Shown here piece after piece: positions 62,094 through 64,000 of a DNA stretch of 64,000 bases. The stretch lies in assembly GCA_905479265.1 (NCBI GenBank), contig CAJQLX010000009.1, positions 564-64,563 of the forward strand, in the 5' to 3' direction. The notes below the pieces were generated by a model that saw nothing but the letters and a program-made list of their open reading frames with translations, was not told the origin of the DNA and did not search any database. Made by a program: the position numbers and the translations under genes. Position 1 is the first letter of the stretch, and the number at the start of each line of letters is the position of its first letter. Origin of the DNA: an uncultured Alphaproteobacteria bacterium (GTDB lineage Bacteria > Pseudomonadota > Alphaproteobacteria > UBA7985).

Positions 62094-64000
62094 TTAGTGC
62101 GCGTCCATCCAATTATCTGCGACCCCCGCGTCGGCGACCAGTGGCACTTCCAGTTCGATCAGCGGCAGGCAAGCGGTCTCCATCACCTCTCGCGCGACTG
62201 AAACCAGCTTTTCGGCTTCGTCTTCGGGCGCTTCGAAAATCAGTTCATCATGCACCTGCAACAGCATTTTACCGCGCAAACCTGCGGCGGAGAGAGCCTG
62301 TGGCATGCGCAGCATGGCGCGTTTAATGATGTCGGCGGCCGTCCCTTGAATCGGTGCGTTAATGGCCTGTCGCTCAGCAAATCCACGCTTGGCGAAGTTT
62401 TTGTCATCAATGCCAGAAAGGTGGATTTTCCGACCAAAGAGCGTTTCGACAAAGCCGTTGTCTCGCCCAAAGAGCTTGGCGCGTTCCATATACTCCCGAA
62501 TGCCGGGGAAGCGCTGGAAGTACTGATCGATGAAGTCCTTGGCCTCACCATTGGAAATGCCCAAATTGTTGGCCAAGCCAAAGGCGGAAATGCCGTAAAT
62601 GATACCAAAGTTAATCGCTTTGGCATTGCGCCGAACCATCGGGTCCATCCCTTCAATCGGGACGCCAAAGACCTGAGAGGCGGTCATGGCATGGATGTCC
62701 AAGCCATCGCGGAACGCCTGGCGCAGGGTTTCTTCGTCCGCCATGTGCGCGGTCAGGCGGAGCTCGATCTGAGAATAATCGATGGAAACCAGCTTGCAGC
62801 CCGGTTCAGCGACAAAGGCCGATCGGATTTTACGCCCTGCCTCTGTCCGCACGGGAATGTTCTGCAAGTTCGGATCGGTGGACGACAGCCGCCCCGTCTG
62901 TGCGCCGGTCATGGCGTAGGACGTGTGGACGCGGTTTGTTCGGGGGTTGATTTGGTGTTGCAAAGCGTCTGTGTACGTGGACCGCAGCTTGTTCACCTGC
63001 CGCCATTCAAGGATCCGCGCGGGCAAATCGTGGCCCTGCGCTGCCAGCCCTTCGAGCACGTCGGCGCCCGTCGAATAGGCGCCGGTTTTCCCGGTTTTCT
63101 TGCCACCGGGAAGCCCCAACTTGCCAAACAGGATTTCCCCCATCTGCTTGGGCGAGCCAACGTTGAACCGTTCACCGGCAAGGGCGTAGATTTCGTCCTC
63201 CAACCGGGCACTGTCCTGACTGAATTCAGACGACATGCGCGACAGGATCTGGGGGTTCACCTTGATCCCCTCGCGCTCCATATCGGTCAGCACGCCAATC
63301 AAAGGCCGCTCCATGGTTTCGTAAAGCGTCGCCATCTTCTCGGGCACCAAGCGCGCCTTGAGCCGTCGATGCAGGCGCATGGCGATGTCGGCGTCTTCAG
63401 CGGCATAGCTCAAGGCCTTGTCTAGGGTCACGTAATCAAACGTCACCTGCGACTTCCCCACCCCGGCCACTTCTTTGAACGCGATGGTTTTGTGGCCCAG
63501 CATGCGGTCCGACAGCTCATCAAGGCCATGGTTGTGCTTGCCGCCATCAAGGACGAAACTGAGCAGCATGGTGTCATCGACCGGGCTGACGCCAATGCCG
63601 GAATGCATCAGGATGGCCGTATCGTACTTGGCGTTGTGCGCAATTTTCAGCACTGCCGGGCTTTCCAGCATGGGCTTCAAGCGGCTTATGGCCTCCGCCA
63701 TCGGAATTTGCGCCGGCATTTCGTTGATCAGGTCGCCTGACTTGTGCGCCAGTGGGATATAACACGCCTCTCCGGGCTCAATGCACAGGGACACGCCCAC
63801 CAACTCAGCTTGTTGCTGGTCCAATGACGTCGTTTCTGTATCGAACGCCACCAACCGCGCTTCACCAGCCCGCGCGATCCAGCGATCGAGCGCATCGATG
63901 GTGGTCACCAGTTCATATTTATTGTCCGCGATGGGAACTTCGGCTTGGTTCTGTGGGGTCTCGATCACCGGTTGGGTCTCGACCTTCATGCCCATCTTTT
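62094..64000 (-). CDS. polA: DNA polymerase I, C-terminal portion (3'-5' exonuclease and polymerase domains); the N-terminal 5' nuclease part lies beyond the window end
   Basis: Exo motif (LVAFDTETTSLD) and polymerase motifs (RRNAKAINFGIIYG ; LLQVHDELIFE). The reading frame is open to the window edge. Confidence 0.9.
   Translation of the reverse strand, partial: KMGMKVETQPVIETPQNQAEVPIADNKYELVTTIDALDRWIARAGEARLVAFDTETTSLDQQQAELVGVSLCIEPGEACYIPLAHKSGDLINEMPAQIPMAEAISRLKPMLESPAVLKIAHNAKYDTAILMHSGIGVSPVDDTMLLSFVLDGGKHNHGLDELSDRMLGHKTIAFKEVAGVGKSQVTFDYVTLDKALSYAAEDADIAMRLHRRLKARLVPEKMATLYETMERPLIGVLTDMEREGIKVNPQILSRMSSEFSQDSARLEDEIYALAGERFNVGSPKQMGEILFGKLGLPGGKKTGKTGAYSTGADVLEGLAAQGHDLPARILEWRQVNKLRSTYTDALQHQINPRTNRVHTSYAMTGAQTGRLSSTDPNLQNIPVRTEAGRKIRSAFVAEPGCKLVSIDYSQIELRLTAHMADEETLRQAFRDGLDIHAMTASQVFGVPIEGMDPMVRRNAKAINFGIIYGISAFGLANNLGISNGEAKDFIDQYFQRFPGIREYMERAKLFGRDNGFVETLFGRKIHLSGIDDKNFAKRGFAERQAINAPIQGTAADIIKRAMLRMPQALSAAGLRGKMLLQVHDELIFEAPEDEAEKLVSVAREVMETACLPLIELEVPLVADAGVADNWMDAH

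Noticed and set aside
62250-63425. 391-aa ORF antisense to polA
   Set aside because: polA motifs are unambiguous on the minus strand.

Overview
About 60% GC and densely coding. From gene content and synteny this looks like an alphaproteobacterial chromosome, probably Rhodobacterales / Roseobacter-like (inference only). It spans the region around dnaA.

The window has two conserved core blocks. The first (12.6-19.9 kb, + strand) is pyrF, two hypothetical membrane proteins, then trpF-trpB-trpA-accD-folC. The second (20.3-33.4 kb, - strand) is trxA, addA-addB, tsaE, an SH3b protein, a ThiF/MoeB-like protein, dut, coaBC, ubiB and ubiE. These are followed by mutM, rpsT and dnaA on the + strand. 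After dnaA comes an inverted block (- strand): a DUF1501/DUF1800 pair, an exported hypothetical, then gyrB, recF and dnaN. Beyond that lie an ECF sigma / anti-sigma / LTXXQ operon, an alkylation-repair-like cluster (GNAT, M48/DUF45, AraC-MGMT Ada-like), cobC-like/cobS/cobT, the RegB/RegA redox two-component pair, a two-CSD cold-shock protein, an aminotransferase, a giant roughly 1300-aa outer-membrane-like protein, and a partial polA.

I found no rRNA, tRNA, CRISPR array, IS element, integrase or prophage genes.

The candidates most worth a second look:
- a five-gene putative envelope-stress module (1589-6180): small TM peptide, XpaC-like, TelA-like, YdjI-like SPFH, and a zinc-ribbon/TM protein;
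- the giant C-terminal-Phe OMP-like protein with an operator-like palindrome at its RBS;
- an orphan PIN-domain gene wedged between folC and trxA with no intergenic gap;
- a TrpF domain fused in-frame to, or lacking a canonical start after, a polytopic membrane ORF;
- a thioredoxin whose active site reads CMPC;
- the apparent inversion of dnaN-recF-gyrB relative to dnaA, with a long candidate origin/regulatory intergenic region upstream of dnaA.

Many long antisense ORFs in the six-frame track are high-GC shadow ORFs and were rejected.
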